Notes under the pieces: generated by a model
Database searches by the model: none
What the model saw: only the letters and a program-made list of their open reading frames with translations
What the model was told of the DNA's origin: nothing
From: a virus
Taxonomy: Duplodnaviria > Caudoviricetes
Direction: 5' to 3' (one strand)
Length of the DNA: 64,000 nucleotides
IMG/VR virus record: IMGVR_UViG_3300031992_000029
Coordinates: 32,001-96,000 of that record
Made by a program: the position numbers and the translations under genes
Shown: positions 1 to 11,365 of the stretch, in pieces
Layout of the letters: each line of letters starts with the position of its first letter
Position numbering within the stretch: position 1 is the first letter of the stretch

Positions 1-3000
1 CTTCAGTATGATATTGCAAAAAGAGAAGAAGAATCGAAGGCTATAGAGGCCGCCGACGCGGCTGTTAATGCGTATCGTACAGAGTTTAAAACTCCTGCAA
101 GTGAAGATAAGTATAGGGAATATTATACTGGTAATAGAGACTATGGGACTGTAGCTTTACCTAATTTGACAGCAGACCATGGCAATATATCCGCTATGAT
201 TGCCGCAGTTGATGTGTTCAGAGACTTACGCGACGAACAGGAAGAGGGTTCTGATGAGTGGCTTGAGTACGGAGAGGCTGCGAAAGAGACAGAAGACATT
301 ATATGGGATCAGGTATCAACGCTTCTTGAGTATAAGAAAGCGATAGAGAGTATACCAGAAGAACTTCGTACAGACAGGCAAAAATCTACACTTGATGAAA
401 TAGCGGCATCTATAGACTACATACAGTCGAAACTTGGTAGTCCATTAGACGACGTAATTAGTGGCACATCTGCAACGTATGACAAGGCTATAGAGAAGCT
501 ACGCGGATATGTCGACGAAATGGTAGACGCCAATGTCGAAGAAGGTAACAAGAGATATAAAGAAGCGCTTGACGATCTAGCTAACTATGGCGTTGATGCG
601 TCGAAGACTGTGTTCGGTAATATAGACCTAGGGAACAGACAGGTGTTGACATGGACAGAAGACATGCTGTCTAAGTATAAAGATGAGCTAGAGTCTTGGG
701 GGCAATCTGTAGAAGAATTAAAAGGAGGCGTTTCGACTGTACTCGGTTCGTCTAGTGATTTTGGCGGATTGGAAATAGCGTTCTCTCCTATTCTCCAGAC
801 TGAAGACGGCCCTGTTTTACTAGGTAAAGAAACAGTAAATACTTATATAAAAGATCTCATAGCCGAACTTAGCAAAGACGGCGGAGAATGGACCAGCGAA
901 GACCTGCTTAAATTAGATGCTAAAGGTGCGACTGTCAATGGTAGAAAGATAAAAAATATCATTGCAGACATCGGAGATACTGCTAAGGATACTGGCGAGG
1001 TAATGCATTATCTCGGAGAAGACGGCGAGATTGCAGACGCGCTCAGACAGATTGACGATGCAAATAAGTTAGCTGCTATGTCTGCAGAGGACTTTGTAAA
1101 TGCATACGGATCTAATAATACTATAAATGATATTGTCGAAGAAGCAATCGCACTTGGAATTGCAGCAGATGATTCAGATTCAGAATTAAGTGAGCTGGCG
1201 ACGAAACTATTTGATGTTGGGATAATAGGAAGCGATACCGCTGGTGAGCTTGGAAATACAGTTCTTACGCTTGAAGAGTTAAGCGGAAAAATAAAAGAGT
1301 TTTCTGAATTCCAGGATAAGCTGACAAGTGCCATGGACGCATCCAAGAGCGCTGTTGGTCTTAACACTGAGCAAATTAACGATCTTAAGGACGCATACGG
1401 AAACCTCGAAGGCTTTGATGCCGCAAGACTATTTGAGACAACGTACAATGGTGTACATCTTAATGAGGAGGAACTTAAGAGGCTTAACGAAGAAGCAGCC
1501 AATAATAAGCTAGCTGATTTGTATACGACTCTAGCGTCAAAACTTGATGAGTATCACAGGGTTCAAGCCGAGGGTGGTGATACGTCTCGGATCGAGGACG
1601 AGATATACGACACGGAGCTTCTCATTTCACAATACGAAGGTCTTACGTCGGCATATAATACATACCTATCTGCTAAATCTGGAAAGAAAGAAAGAGATAG
1701 TTACGAAGGGATAGGCGACGACTATGAAGAGATGAAAAAGATTCTCGACATGGGCTGGTACGGTGATGATTCTCTTAACTCCTATCTTGATCTTATCCTC
1801 TCGAAGGCTGCTAGAACTGGTGACGCTGTTAAAGATTTCGAGCGTCTTAACAAGACAATAGAAGGAACATCTCACAGTATACTTGACTACTGGCAATACG
1901 ATGAAGATTCTAAAGAACTTGCTAGCGACGGATTGTTTAATTTCTTAAAAGACGTCAACAAGAAATTTGGTGATACGTACGCAAGTGTCGAAGACGGCAA
2001 TTATGTATTCGATCTCACTGGTAATAAGTTAAACGAGGTTGCAGATGCGTTCGGAATGTCTGCTGAAATGATACAGATATTTGAACGCGCTCTAATTGAC
2101 ACCGGATCTGTTGTCGTATTAGATAATGACAGAATCGAAGAGATAACTGGTAGTCTGAAAGATCTTCAGAACGCTGGCGAAATTAGTCCAGACATAGATC
2201 TCAATTTTGACTTAGCCGAGATGAGCTTAGAAGATATACAAAGTAAAATCAAAGAGCTTAACGAAGCAAAAGCAAAAATAAATGTAGAAACTGACGAAGA
2301 TGGAACTAGAAAGCTACAGCTTCTTGATGCCGCTGTGTCGGCGTTACAAAATAAAGCTGTCAACCTAAAGATAAACACTGCGATAGAGAATGGCGCTACC
2401 GTTGAAGAACTGATGAATATGGACGACGAGACACTTAAGTCTACGCTTAACATAGAAGTGAACGGAGATACAGAGCTTCAACAGGCGAGGGACATGTTAC
2501 AAACGTTGTCTAGCGGCACAAGTGTTCCAATAACAGTTAAGATTGATGAATCTCAGTTTAGTGCATTAACTAACTCTGGTAGCGAAGCTACGATAGTTTA
2601 TCACGTTAACAGAGCAGAAGTCGACGCATTTATGGAAGAAAGCCATGATGATGATGCTACTGTTACATATGGTGTCGATAGAAGTCTTGTTGATGCATTT
2701 AGGCAATCAAATATAAATAGAACTGCTACGGTCACTTATACGGCTGACACTAGTAAACTTCCAACGACATTTACTAGACTGAAGCGATATATCGATTATG
2801 TTCATGTCGGTGAAGCTAGCGGTACCATGAGGTCAGTTAAGACTGCTCGTGCTAATGGTAGTATGTATAACGCTCCGTTGAACTATAAGAGGGCGTTCGC
2901 GAATGGTAGTGTTGCTTTAGATGAAGATGAGCTTGCGTTGGTGAACGAGCTCGGTACCGAATCAATCATAAGAGACGGCATTTGGAGCTTAATTCCAGGC

Positions 3001-5718
3001 GGAATTCATCAAGAACATTTAAAGAAAGGCGACATTATTCTATCGGCAGAGCAGACTAAAGCTCTTATCAATACAGGTAAGGCTGCAGGTCATGCAAGAG
3101 CGTATGCAATGGGTACTCTTCTATCTAATGCTTACGACTCTGGTTCTGGCGCAATGCCTAGAAAGACGACCAGTAAGACAATATCGCTTGCTAAAAAGGC
3201 ATCGTCTAGCACAAAGAAATCTTCAAGTAAGAAATCTTCAAGCAAGAAATCTTCAAGCAAGAAATCGTCTTCGAGCAAAAAATCGAGCAAGTCTAGCAAT
3301 AGCAAAGATGACAGCGACGATTTTGACTGGATAGAAGTTCTTCTCGATAGATGGGAACGCGCTATTGATAATCTTAGCACACTAGCCGAAAGTATTTACA
3401 GGAAGTTAGGTGACAGAATTAGTGCCACTGATAAGGAAATTGAGGCTGTAACCAATCAGATAAGATTAGAGTATGCGGCATATGACAAATATATAGCTAA
3501 AGCAAATTCTATAAAGTTATCTGATGAATTAAAGGGTCAAGTCCGTAAGGGTGCTATTGATATATCAAAGTATAACAAGAATACACAAGACCTTATAAAT
3601 CAATATAAGGAGTGGTACGACAAAGCACTTGACGCAGCAGATGCGATAGACGACCTGCATGAGTCTTTAGCTGAACTATATTCTTCTCGGTTTGATACCA
3701 TCCAAACGCATTTCGAAAATAGACTCGCGCTTGTTGAGCATAAGATTCAATCGTACAATAACGATTTGGATAAAATCGTAGAACGCGGTTATATTGAGAG
3801 TACTAAGTATTATGAGGCAATTCGTGAATCCGAGGCACATAATCTTGAAACATTACATGATGAACTTTCTAAGCTGGTTGTGGCTATGTCAGAGGGGATG
3901 AACTCTGGAGAAATAGAGCACGGTAGCGAAGCATGGTTCGACATGCAACAAAAGATTAATGATGTTAAGGAAACAATACAAGAAACAGAACTTAGCATTA
4001 TAGAGACTGGCAATACGATTCGTCAACTCAAATGGGATAACTTTGAGTATCTGCAAGGTCTAATATCGAACGTTACAGAAGAGGCTGACTTCCTAATTGA
4101 ACTAATGTCTTCGTCCGATTTGTTTGAAAAGAACGGAGCTGTAACTGATAAAGGTATGGCTACGTTTGGTATGCACGCACAAAATTATAACGTGTATATG
4201 AATCAGGCTGATAGATATGCCGAACAGATTATGGAGATTAGCGAGGAACTTGCGAATAATCCATATGATACAAAACTGATAGAACAAAGACAGGAGCTGA
4301 TTAAGTTACAAAGAGAGTCTATTCTTAGTGCCGAGGATGAAAAACAGGCTATTGTCGATCTAACCGAAGAAGGCATTAAGAATGAGCTAGAATATCTCAA
4401 TGAACTTATAGATGCGTATAAAGACAGTCTTGACGATGCAAAAGATTTGTATGATTACCAGAAGAAGGTAAAAGATCAGGCGTCTGAGATTACAAAGCTA
4501 CAGAAGCAACTAGCGGCGTACGCTGGTGATACTTCTGAAGAAAATAGATCGAGAGTGCAGAAACTACAAGTCGAACTTGACGAAGCTATAGAGTCTATGC
4601 AAGAGACACAATACGATAGGTCGATAAGCGCACAGAAAGAACTTCTAGATAATTTCTATGATGACTACGAGGAACTTTTGAACGGCAGGCTTGATAACGT
4701 CGATCTATTAGTATCTGAGACGATTGATGCCGTTAATGGTAACGCAACCAGCATCAGCGAGACAATAGCAGATCAAGCTGACGTTGTAGGATACACAATT
4801 TCTGATGCGGTGACATCTATTTGGAGCGATGGTGGAGAAGCGTCTAACATCGTTACTAAATACGGAGAGACGTTTGCTAGAGAAATCACGAGCGTAAACG
4901 ACACATTAAATAGTATAGCTGCGTACGTTCATGCTATGGCTGAAAATAGCGACAGGATTGCTGACGCCGATATAGCTGGTAGTACTGGATATACAGCGAA
5001 GGTATCAACTAATACAGAGAATACATCAAAAGTGTCTAGTTCTATGGGTGCGGCTATAAATACTCCTGCTATGGCACATACAATCCAGCCAAAGAAGTAT
5101 ACGAACGCCACATCTACAGGAATTGCTAAAGGCGACACCATAAATGCTTCTGGAGCAAAGATATATAACTATGTTGGAGGTACTGCGTCTAATCAGGAGT
5201 ATGCTGACGATCCAATCTATACGGTAACAAGAGTATCTAGTGGATGGGTACAAGTAAGACATCACAGCATGTCTAATGGCGTTACCGGATGGTTTAAAAC
5301 TGGTAATGTAAAGAAATACAAACTAGGTGGTCTGGTAGATTATACCGGTCTAGCACAGGTAGATGGCACGCCAGACAAACCAGAATCGTTCCTTAACGCC
5401 GACGATACTCGTAATCTACTTGCGCTTATTGATACATTAAGAAGGATCAAGAATGGCACCGCGTCGATATTCGGTAGTCATACTGGTAATATCATAGAGA
5501 ATCTTGGAAGAGTTGCTGAACATCGAAGCGCTAATCGAGGAACAACCATTGGCGATATAAGTTACGAGATTAACATCCCTATTGACCACGTTGAAGACTA
5601 TGCTGACTTCATGAACAAGATGAGGTCCGACAGACAGTTTGAAACAATGGTTCAGGACATGACGATAGGACAGGTCGTAGGTAAGGGCAAGTTAAGCAAA
5701 AACAAATATTCATGGTGA
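1..5718 (+). CDS. Tail tape measure protein, 5' end outside window
   Basis: Frame is open from base 1 (LQYDIAKREEE...) into the 1850-aa ORF; long acidic coiled-coil; ALVNELGTE and GGLVDYTGLAQVDG motifs typical of large Firmicutes phage TMPs; directly precedes distal tail gene. Confidence 0.88.
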   Translation, partial: LQYDIAKREEESKAIEAADAAVNAYRTEFKTPASEDKYREYYTGNRDYGTVALPNLTADHGNISAMIAAVDVFRDLRDEQEEGSDEWLEYGEAAKETEDIIWDQVSTLLEYKKAIESIPEELRTDRQKSTLDEIAASIDYIQSKLGSPLDDVISGTSATYDKAIEKLRGYVDEMVDANVEEGNKRYKEALDDLANYGVDASKTVFGNIDLGNRQVLTWTEDMLSKYKDELESWGQSVEELKGGVSTVLGSSSDFGGLEIAFSPILQTEDGPVLLGKETVNTYIKDLIAELSKDGGEWTSEDLLKLDAKGATVNGRKIKNIIADIGDTAKDTGEVMHYLGEDGEIADALRQIDDANKLAAMSAEDFVNAYGSNNTINDIVEEAIALGIAADDSDSELSELATKLFDVGIIGSDTAGELGNTVLTLEELSGKIKEFSEFQDKLTSAMDASKSAVGLNTEQINDLKDAYGNLEGFDAARLFETTYNGVHLNEEELKRLNEEAANNKLADLYTTLASKLDEYHRVQAEGGDTSRIEDEIYDTELLISQYEGLTSAYNTYLSAKSGKKERDSYEGIGDDYEEMKKILDMGWYGDDSLNSYLDLILSKAARTGDAVKDFERLNKTIEGTSHSILDYWQYDEDSKELASDGLFNFLKDVNKKFGDTYASVEDGNYVFDLTGNKLNEVADAFGMSAEMIQIFERALIDTGSVVVLDNDRIEEITGSLKDLQNAGEISPDIDLNFDLAEMSLEDIQSKIKELNEAKAKINVETDEDGTRKLQLLDAAVSALQNKAVNLKINTAIENGATVEELMNMDDETLKSTLNIEVNGDTELQQARDMLQTLSSGTSVPITVKIDESQFSALTNSGSEATIVYHVNRAEVDAFMEESHDDDATVTYGVDRSLVDAFRQSNINRTATVTYTADTSKLPTTFTRLKRYIDYVHVGEASGTMRSVKTARANGSMYNAPLNYKRAFANGSVALDEDELALVNELGTESIIRDGIWSLIPGGIHQEHLKKGDIILSAEQTKALINTGKAAGHARAYAMGTLLSNAYDSGSGAMPRKTTSKTISLAKKASSSTKKSSSKKSSSKKSSSKKSSSSKKSSKSSNSKDDSDDFDWIEVLLDRWERAIDNLSTLAESIYRKLGDRISATDKEIEAVTNQIRLEYAAYDKYIAKANSIKLSDELKGQVRKGAIDISKYNKNTQDLINQYKEWYDKALDAADAIDDLHESLAELYSSRFDTIQTHFENRLALVEHKIQSYNNDLDKIVERGYIESTKYYEAIRESEAHNLETLHDELSKLVVAMSEGMNSGEIEHGSEAWFDMQQKINDVKETIQETELSIIETGNTIRQLKWDNFEYLQGLISNVTEEADFLIELMSSSDLFEKNGAVTDKGMATFGMHAQNYNVYMNQADRYAEQIMEISEELANNPYDTKLIEQRQELIKLQRESILSAEDEKQAIVDLTEEGIKNELEYLNELIDAYKDSLDDAKDLYDYQKKVKDQASEITKLQKQLAAYAGDTSEENRSRVQKLQVELDEAIESMQETQYDRSISAQKELLDNFYDDYEELLNGRLDNVDLLVSETIDAVNGNATSISETIADQADVVGYTISDAVTSIWSDGGEASNIVTKYGETFAREITSVNDTLNSIAAYVHAMAENSDRIADADIAGSTGYTAKVSTNTENTSKVSSSMGAAINTPAMAHTIQPKKYTNATSTGIAKGDTINASGAKIYNYVGGTASNQEYADDPIYTVTRVSSGWVQVRHHSMSNGVTGWFKTGNVKKYKLGGLVDYTGLAQVDGTPDKPESFLNADDTRNLLALIDTLRRIKNGTASIFGSHTGNIIENLGRVAEHRSANRGTTIGDISYEINIPIDHVEDYADFMNKMRSDRQFETMVQDMTIGQVVGKGKLSKNKYSW
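3214..3300 (+). repeat. 15-bp tandem repeat encoding KKSSS linker in TMP
   Basis: AAGAAATCTTCAAG(T/C) x3 at 3214-3258, then degenerate copies. Confidence 0.9.
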
Positions 5719-5725
5719 TAATCAT

Positions 5726-5757
5726 GGAGGGGATTTACACTCCCCTCCTGTTTATTT
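5726..5757 (+). terminator. Rho-independent terminator-like hairpin after TMP
   Basis: GGAGGGGA-TTTACAC-TCCCCTCC followed by TGTTTATTT. Confidence 0.65.
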
Positions 5758-5769
5758 GGAGGAAAGGGT

Positions 5770-6051
5770 TTGAAAAAGGATAATGTAGAAAATCTTAAGC
5801 GGCATATTGAAACGCTTGAAGCTACAGTAGCGAGGCTACAAAAAGAGAACGAAAGGCTTGACTATGAGAATAAGGTGCTCAAGGGTAGAGAGGATTTTGT
5901 TCAGGAAATGTATGCCGATTATAGGAAACTTCTAGATGAAACAGCGGAAATAAAAGAAAAGTATCTGTCTGCTATTTCCGAATTTAGTGATATACGCAAA
6001 GAGTATACAGACAGATTTAAGGATTTATTAAAGCAAATTAAAAAAAAATAA
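5770..6051 (+). CDS. Small coiled-coil hypothetical protein
   Basis: GGAGG RBS, TTG start, 93 aa heptad-rich. Confidence 0.75.
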   Translation: MKKDNVENLKRHIETLEATVARLQKENERLDYENKVLKGREDFVQEMYADYRKLLDETAEIKEKYLSAISEFSDIRKEYTDRFKDLLKQIKKK

Positions 6052-6067
6052 AGGAGGCTCGCATCTT

Positions 6068-6895
6068 ATGTACGCAAGTAATTTTGAGTACGACGGTCAT
6101 TACCTCAGCGATTTTGGCTTTGTCGTATGTAGTTTCGACGGGGCCTCTTCATATGATGTAATAAGTGCCGGGTCTAACATAACGTTTAATAAGGTTTCTG
6201 TTGATAGAGGTAGAAGGTATGGCCTCAACGGAACTACATACGAAGAATGTATTACAGCCACATTCGATATATGCAAAGACCCATGCTATGGAAGTGACGG
6301 AATCATTACTAGCGATGAATATAGAGATATAATGAGATGGCTAAACAGAAGTAGATTTTTAAAGTTTAGGATGCTTCACGAACTTGATGGTTCCACGGAT
6401 GAATTTGATAGAGAAACTTGCTATTTTTATGCAAGTTTTAACATAGAGAAAATAAAAATGTACGAAAAACTATACGGTCTTAGATTGACAATGGAAACAA
6501 ACGCGCCGTATGGTTATGCACTGCCACTCACATATACGTTTGAATTTAACGGACCGAATGATAAGCAGTTGCTATTTGATATGTCTGATGAGATTGGCGT
6601 CACGTACCCAGATATGAAAATTAAGATTTTGGAAAGTGGCGACATAACAATACATAACGACATGACAGACTGCGATTTTATTATTACAGACTGCGTGGCT
6701 GATGAGGTAATAACTATAACTGGTAACACAATGATTATAGAAACTTCGTCAGATTCGCACGAAATAGGTTCGTGTTTCAACTTCGAATTTTTAAGTATAG
6801 GCAATACTATTGATAGTAGAGAGAATCATTTAACAGCGTCTCTACCATGCGAGGTCGAAATAACATACTCTCCTACTATCAAGGAGACACCATAG
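6068..6895 (+). CDS. Distal tail protein (Dit-like)
   Basis: Position after TMP; FEYDG..LSDFG N-terminus; 275 aa; AAGGAGG RBS. Confidence 0.75.
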   Translation: MYASNFEYDGHYLSDFGFVVCSFDGASSYDVISAGSNITFNKVSVDRGRRYGLNGTTYEECITATFDICKDPCYGSDGIITSDEYRDIMRWLNRSRFLKFRMLHELDGSTDEFDRETCYFYASFNIEKIKMYEKLYGLRLTMETNAPYGYALPLTYTFEFNGPNDKQLLFDMSDEIGVTYPDMKIKILESGDITIHNDMTDCDFIITDCVADEVITITGNTMIIETSSDSHEIGSCFNFEFLSIGNTIDSRENHLTASLPCEVEITYSPTIKETP

Positions 6896-6905
6896 GAGGA
6901 GTTGT

Positions 6906-9900
6906 ATGGCTATAAATATTAAATTTGATTCTGAGCACAATGTAATACAGCCAAAAGTAACTCTTGCTAGAAGAAGTGGTAGCAGGATAGCTAATCTGCC
7001 AGCGTGTGATATAAATCTTACAAAGTCATTTAACTCATATGCAGAGATTAGTTTTGACGTACATAAGTATGATAACGGAATAGAATATAGATATTGGGAC
7101 GACATTAAAGACCTGAGGTTAGTGTGGGTAAAAGACTGGAATGTGTTTTTTGAAATTCAAGTTCAGATCGACGAAGCGGATGAAACAGTAAAGCATATAA
7201 CCGGGAAGTCTTTAGGCGAATGTGAACTTTCTCAAATCAATCTATATGATATAGAAATTAATACAGAGAGCGATATAGAAAGGGATGACTACGTGCCTAC
7301 CGTTTTGTATAACGGCGAAGACGCGAACGCATCGTTGATGAATAGAATCATGGCGAAGGCACCGCACTATTCTATCGGACACGTAGATAATAGTATCGCT
7401 AGTATGCAAAGGACATTTTCATTTAACGACAAGTCGATTTACGACTCTCTGAATGAAATTTCAGAAGAGATGAATTGTATCTTTGTAATAGATTCAAGTA
7501 TGCGTAATAACAGGCCAGCGAGGATTGTAAGCGCATACGACCTTGAGCCGCACTGTCTTTCGTGTGGTGCAAGAGGGCCGTTCTATACTGTTAACGCAGA
7601 TGGTGTTGTAACAGGTGAAATATCGTCTCCTGTCAATAACAGAAATATTAAATGTAAAAAATGCGGAGGCAGCTCTATAAGTTTAGGCTTTGGATATAAC
7701 ACGCCGATATATGTATCGGTAGAGAATCTCGCTGATGAAGTTCAGTACGAAACAGATGTAGATTCGGTTAAGAACTGCTTTAAACTTGAGGCCGGTGACG
7801 ACCTGATGACAGCAACGGTAAGAAGCATAAACCCCAACGGCTCATCGTATATATGGTATGTTTCAGACGAGCTTAAAGATGATATGTCTGATGCTTTAGT
7901 GTCAAAGCTGAATGAGTACGATGAGGTGTACGATCACTATATTAACGACTATGTACCTAGTATAGATGCTTCTCTATTGGAGGATTATAATGATCTTGTT
8001 GATAAGTACAGTCCGTATAATCCAGATTTGAAAAAATATGATTCTACTAAGACAGGGTTCTCTAATTTAGTCCAGGCATTTTATGACAATATAGACTTCG
8101 AGGCTTACCTTGAAGATGTTTTTATGCCAGCGCCGGATATGCCTGGTATTGGAGCTGGTGTACAGGCAGCCAAACTTACTAGTAAATCAATAGATACTGT
8201 GGCTGTATCTAATCTGAAAACGTGCTCTACATATACTGCCACATCATCTGTGGTTTCAGTTGCGAAAACGATTATAGATCCGGGCTATACTGTTAAGGCT
8301 GAGACGGGTCAATATGCAGATGGTAAATGGACTGGAATACTTTTAGTAACCAATAACTCGTTAGCAGATGATACTGCGTCTACCGGAATGATTACTGTAA
8401 ATGTAACTGACGACTATCAGGCTTATATAAAACAAAGCATAGAAAAACAGCTTGATAATAAGTCCAGCGAATATGCAGACATGATAACAGTATTTTCTTA
8501 TGGCAATGAGGTGTTCGCGTTAGAACTGCAAAAGTATTGCGTTAAGGAGCTAGAGGTATTTCACGATAGCTGCCAGGCAGTACTTGACATATTGATAAAG
8601 CAGGGGGCTTCTAGCGTAGGAACATTCTATGACAACTATTATACGAAGCTGGGAATTATTGATGCTGAGATAATAGTAAGAAACTCAGAGATAGAAACAA
8701 TCACTAAGATGCAAGACATTATCAGGAGTGAATTCGAACTTATTAGAGGCTCGTTAGACTTCGAGACATATCTTGGCGAGGATTTGTGGCATGAATTCAT
8801 TGCGTTCAGGCGTGAGGACACGTATTCAAATAGCAATTTTATTTCTGACGGATTAGACAATGCTGGCGTTGTTAAGAGGGCTCTTGAGTTTATGGAAGTG
8901 GCTAAGAAGGATATTTACAAGTCTGCTACTCTCCAGCACTCTATTACAGCAAAAGTAAACAACCTGCTAACTATGGACGAGTTCTCTCCTATCGTGGATT
9001 ATTTTGAAGACGGCAACTGGATTCATATAAAAGTTGACGATAATGTATATAGGCTGAGGCTTGTTGAGTACGATGTGTCGTTTGAAAATAACGATATAGA
9101 GGTAAAGTTTTCGGATGTGTCTAGTGTAGGAAGCTCTGTGTCTGACTTAGAATCTGTAGTAAGTCAGATGAGTTCTATCTCCTCTTCCTATGATGCGGTT
9201 GCAAGACAGGCGAGCGTTGGAAGTAAGAGCAGCGAAATTGTATCGAGCTGGATTGATTCTGGACTTGATACTACAGCTGCAAGAATTGTCAACTCCGCTG
9301 ATAATCAGTCTCAGACGTGGGACTCTCACGGTATGCTGTTCAAGCAGAACGACCCGATAACCGGTGTTGACACTGGTGAACAGTTAAGAATTGTTAACTC
9401 TACGATTGCAATTACAGACGATAATTGGAACTCTGTAAAAACGGCTATCGGAAAGTTTTATTACACAGACCCAGAGACTAATGAATATGTACAGGCTTAT
9501 GGAATAAACGGCGAGGTACTTGTAGGTAAACTTATTCTTGGCCAGGAGCTTGGCATATACAGTGATTCACAGACAATGAAATTTAACGAGGACGGCCTTG
9601 AGATTACTAACGGCACAAATACGTTTAGGGTCAACCCAAATGACCTGGCGAATATGTTCGTACTGCTCAATGGTGATGATGAAGTTCTTTATACTGATGC
9701 ATCAGGCAATACTACATATAAAGGCAAGGTTGTTGTCGACGGAGATACAGTTTCTGTGGTAATCGACCCAACAGCCGAAGAGGTGTTTGCTATTAAGACT
9801 GCAGACAGTAATATCATTTCTGTTGACAGTTCTGGTAATGCCACATTTAAAGGCGCGATAAATTCTGACAGCGCAAAGATTGGTAATGATACACAATACA

Positions 9901-11324
9901 TAAGTTACGAAGACGGTCAGTTAACTATTAAAGCAGATAAGGTTTCTATCGGAGGCGATGATGTTACATTCTCCATAGCAAATGCAAAGAGAGACGGGTC
10001 AAGATATGCGACTAACTACCTATATTATAGTCCCGAGAAAGGTCTTGTCGTATCAGGTTATGCTCCGTCTTCTGATGCGGAAGTAGAGACACTTGATAGT
10101 TATAACAGTAGAGTTACAAGTGAGGGTTTCGACGTATACGAAACCGGTGTGGATAGGGTCGCTCACTTCGGGCAAGTAACTGTACTTGGAAAGGAAGGGC
10201 AGTCAAGGCAAATTGTTGACGGCGAATCTTTGTCGTTTACTACGAAGGAAGGCACGACTGTATTTACGGTTGAAAATAGTATAGCTGGAAGTGGATATTC
10301 TACTGATGAAGATGTACAGCTGTCATCTATAGGCACTTACTTAAACTCGGATAATACTCTTAACAATGAGGCTGTTGCGGATATTATAGCTAGTGTTGCT
10401 AACGGAAAAGTAATGACATCTTCACAGTACGACTTTGTGTCGTCTGCGTATAATACGTCGTTAGAAGCAGAGTTGTTTGGATACGCATTTGTTGAGGTGG
10501 AATATCAAAGCGGAGAATCTGCTGACGATGATTCTCAGACTGAAACAGGAGACGAAGATATCACTTCGGGAATTGAACAAACCCAACAATTCTCTTCCAT
10601 ACTATATTTAGATCATACTATTGAGTATAACGACGGAACAATGACGGCAACGGCAGGTGAAGTGCTAGGTCCGAACCTTGATAGCTTTGTAGACGCATTT
10701 GCCAATATGTTCCCAACAGGATCAAAAAATCACGAACTATTTCTGAGATTTACGCTTAGATACGAGATGGCCGATGTACAAATGACGGTCGGGTCTAGAA
10801 AGGATGACGGACTCACAGGTTCGCGTTCGGTCTCCATAGGGAGCGACAATGTATCTTCTGGGGTAGGGTCTGTTGCGATTGGAAAAGATATAACCGTAAC
10901 AGATAACTATTCTGTAATTGTAGGCGAAAAGAATATTCCGATAAAATATTTGAACACAGATACAGTAATACCAACAGCTTTTGCGGTAGGCACTAACGGC
11001 AAAACGCCATTTGCGGTATTAAAGAATGGTACTGTAACCATGTCGAGTGTGAACGGTGGTGAGGTGGCACAGCGTACATACAAAGCGTACTCTCTAACTA
11101 ATATAAGAGTTGATTTTGAGGTAGAGTATCCAACACCACCATTCATATTCTTAACTCTTAACGAGGATAATGTTCCTAATAATAAGACAGATATAATAGG
11201 ATACGGAAGCATACAGGTATATAAAAAGACGGTTGATACAACAGGATTTACGGCGACAGTTGTAAATGGTTCATCGAAATCACATACATTTAGTTTTAGC
11301 TGGTTTGCAATCAGCGTAATGTAA
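6906..11324 (+). CDS. Tail hub/spike protein (Tal-like) with Zn-finger insert and C-terminal lectin-like domain
   Basis: Follows Dit; CLSC...CKKC insert; [15 protein letters not shown] spike motif; C-terminal ...PPFIFLT...FSFSWFAI typical of H-lectin/gp53-like tips. Confidence 0.75.
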   Translation: MAINIKFDSEHNVIQPKVTLARRSGSRIANLPACDINLTKSFNSYAEISFDVHKYDNGIEYRYWDDIKDLRLVWVKDWNVFFEIQVQIDEADETVKHITGKSLGECELSQINLYDIEINTESDIERDDYVPTVLYNGEDANASLMNRIMAKAPHYSIGHVDNSIASMQRTFSFNDKSIYDSLNEISEEMNCIFVIDSSMRNNRPARIVSAYDLEPHCLSCGARGPFYTVNADGVVTGEISSPVNNRNIKCKKCGGSSISLGFGYNTPIYVSVENLADEVQYETDVDSVKNCFKLEAGDDLMTATVRSINPNGSSYIWYVSDELKDDMSDALVSKLNEYDEVYDHYINDYVPSIDASLLEDYNDLVDKYSPYNPDLKKYDSTKTGFSNLVQAFYDNIDFEAYLEDVFMPAPDMPGIGAGVQAAKLTSKSIDTVAVSNLKTCSTYTATSSVVSVAKTIIDPGYTVKAETGQYADGKWTGILLVTNNSLADDTASTGMITVNVTDDYQAYIKQSIEKQLDNKSSEYADMITVFSYGNEVFALELQKYCVKELEVFHDSCQAVLDILIKQGASSVGTFYDNYYTKLGIIDAEIIVRNSEIETITKMQDIIRSEFELIRGSLDFETYLGEDLWHEFIAFRREDTYSNSNFISDGLDNAGVVKRALEFMEVAKKDIYKSATLQHSITAKVNNLLTMDEFSPIVDYFEDGNWIHIKVDDNVYRLRLVEYDVSFENNDIEVKFSDVSSVGSSVSDLESVVSQMSSISSSYDAVARQASVGSKSSEIVSSWIDSGLDTTAARIVNSADNQSQTWDSHGMLFKQNDPITGVDTGEQLRIVNSTIAITDDNWNSVKTAIGKFYYTDPETNEYVQAYGINGEVLVGKLILGQELGIYSDSQTMKFNEDGLEITNGTNTFRVNPNDLANMFVLLNGDDEVLYTDASGNTTYKGKVVVDGDTVSVVIDPTAEEVFAIKTADSNIISVDSSGNATFKGAINSDSAKIGNDTQYISYEDGQLTIKADKVSIGGDDVTFSIANAKRDGSRYATNYLYYSPEKGLVVSGYAPSSDAEVETLDSYNSRVTSEGFDVYETGVDRVAHFGQVTVLGKEGQSRQIVDGESLSFTTKEGTTVFTVENSIAGSGYSTDEDVQLSSIGTYLNSDNTLNNEAVADIIASVANGKVMTSSQYDFVSSAYNTSLEAELFGYAFVEVEYQSGESADDDSQTETGDEDITSGIEQTQQFSSILYLDHTIEYNDGTMTATAGEVLGPNLDSFVDAFANMFPTGSKNHELFLRFTLRYEMADVQMTVGSRKDDGLTGSRSVSIGSDNVSSGVGSVAIGKDITVTDNYSVIVGEKNIPIKYLNTDTVIPTAFAVGTNGKTPFAVLKNGTVTMSSVNGGEVAQRTYKAYSLTNIRVDFEVEYPTPPFIFLTLNEDNVPNNKTDIIGYGSIQVYKKTVDTTGFTATVVNGSSKSHTFSFSWFAISVM

Positions 11325-11334
11325 TAGGCTTACG

Positions 11335-11362
11335 AAAAGGGCTGGCATATGCTAGCCCTTTT
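11335..11362 (+). terminator. Hairpin/terminator before giant tail gene
   Basis: AAAAGGGCTGGC-ATAT-GCTAGCCCTTTT. Confidence 0.6.
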
Positions 11363-11365
11363 AGA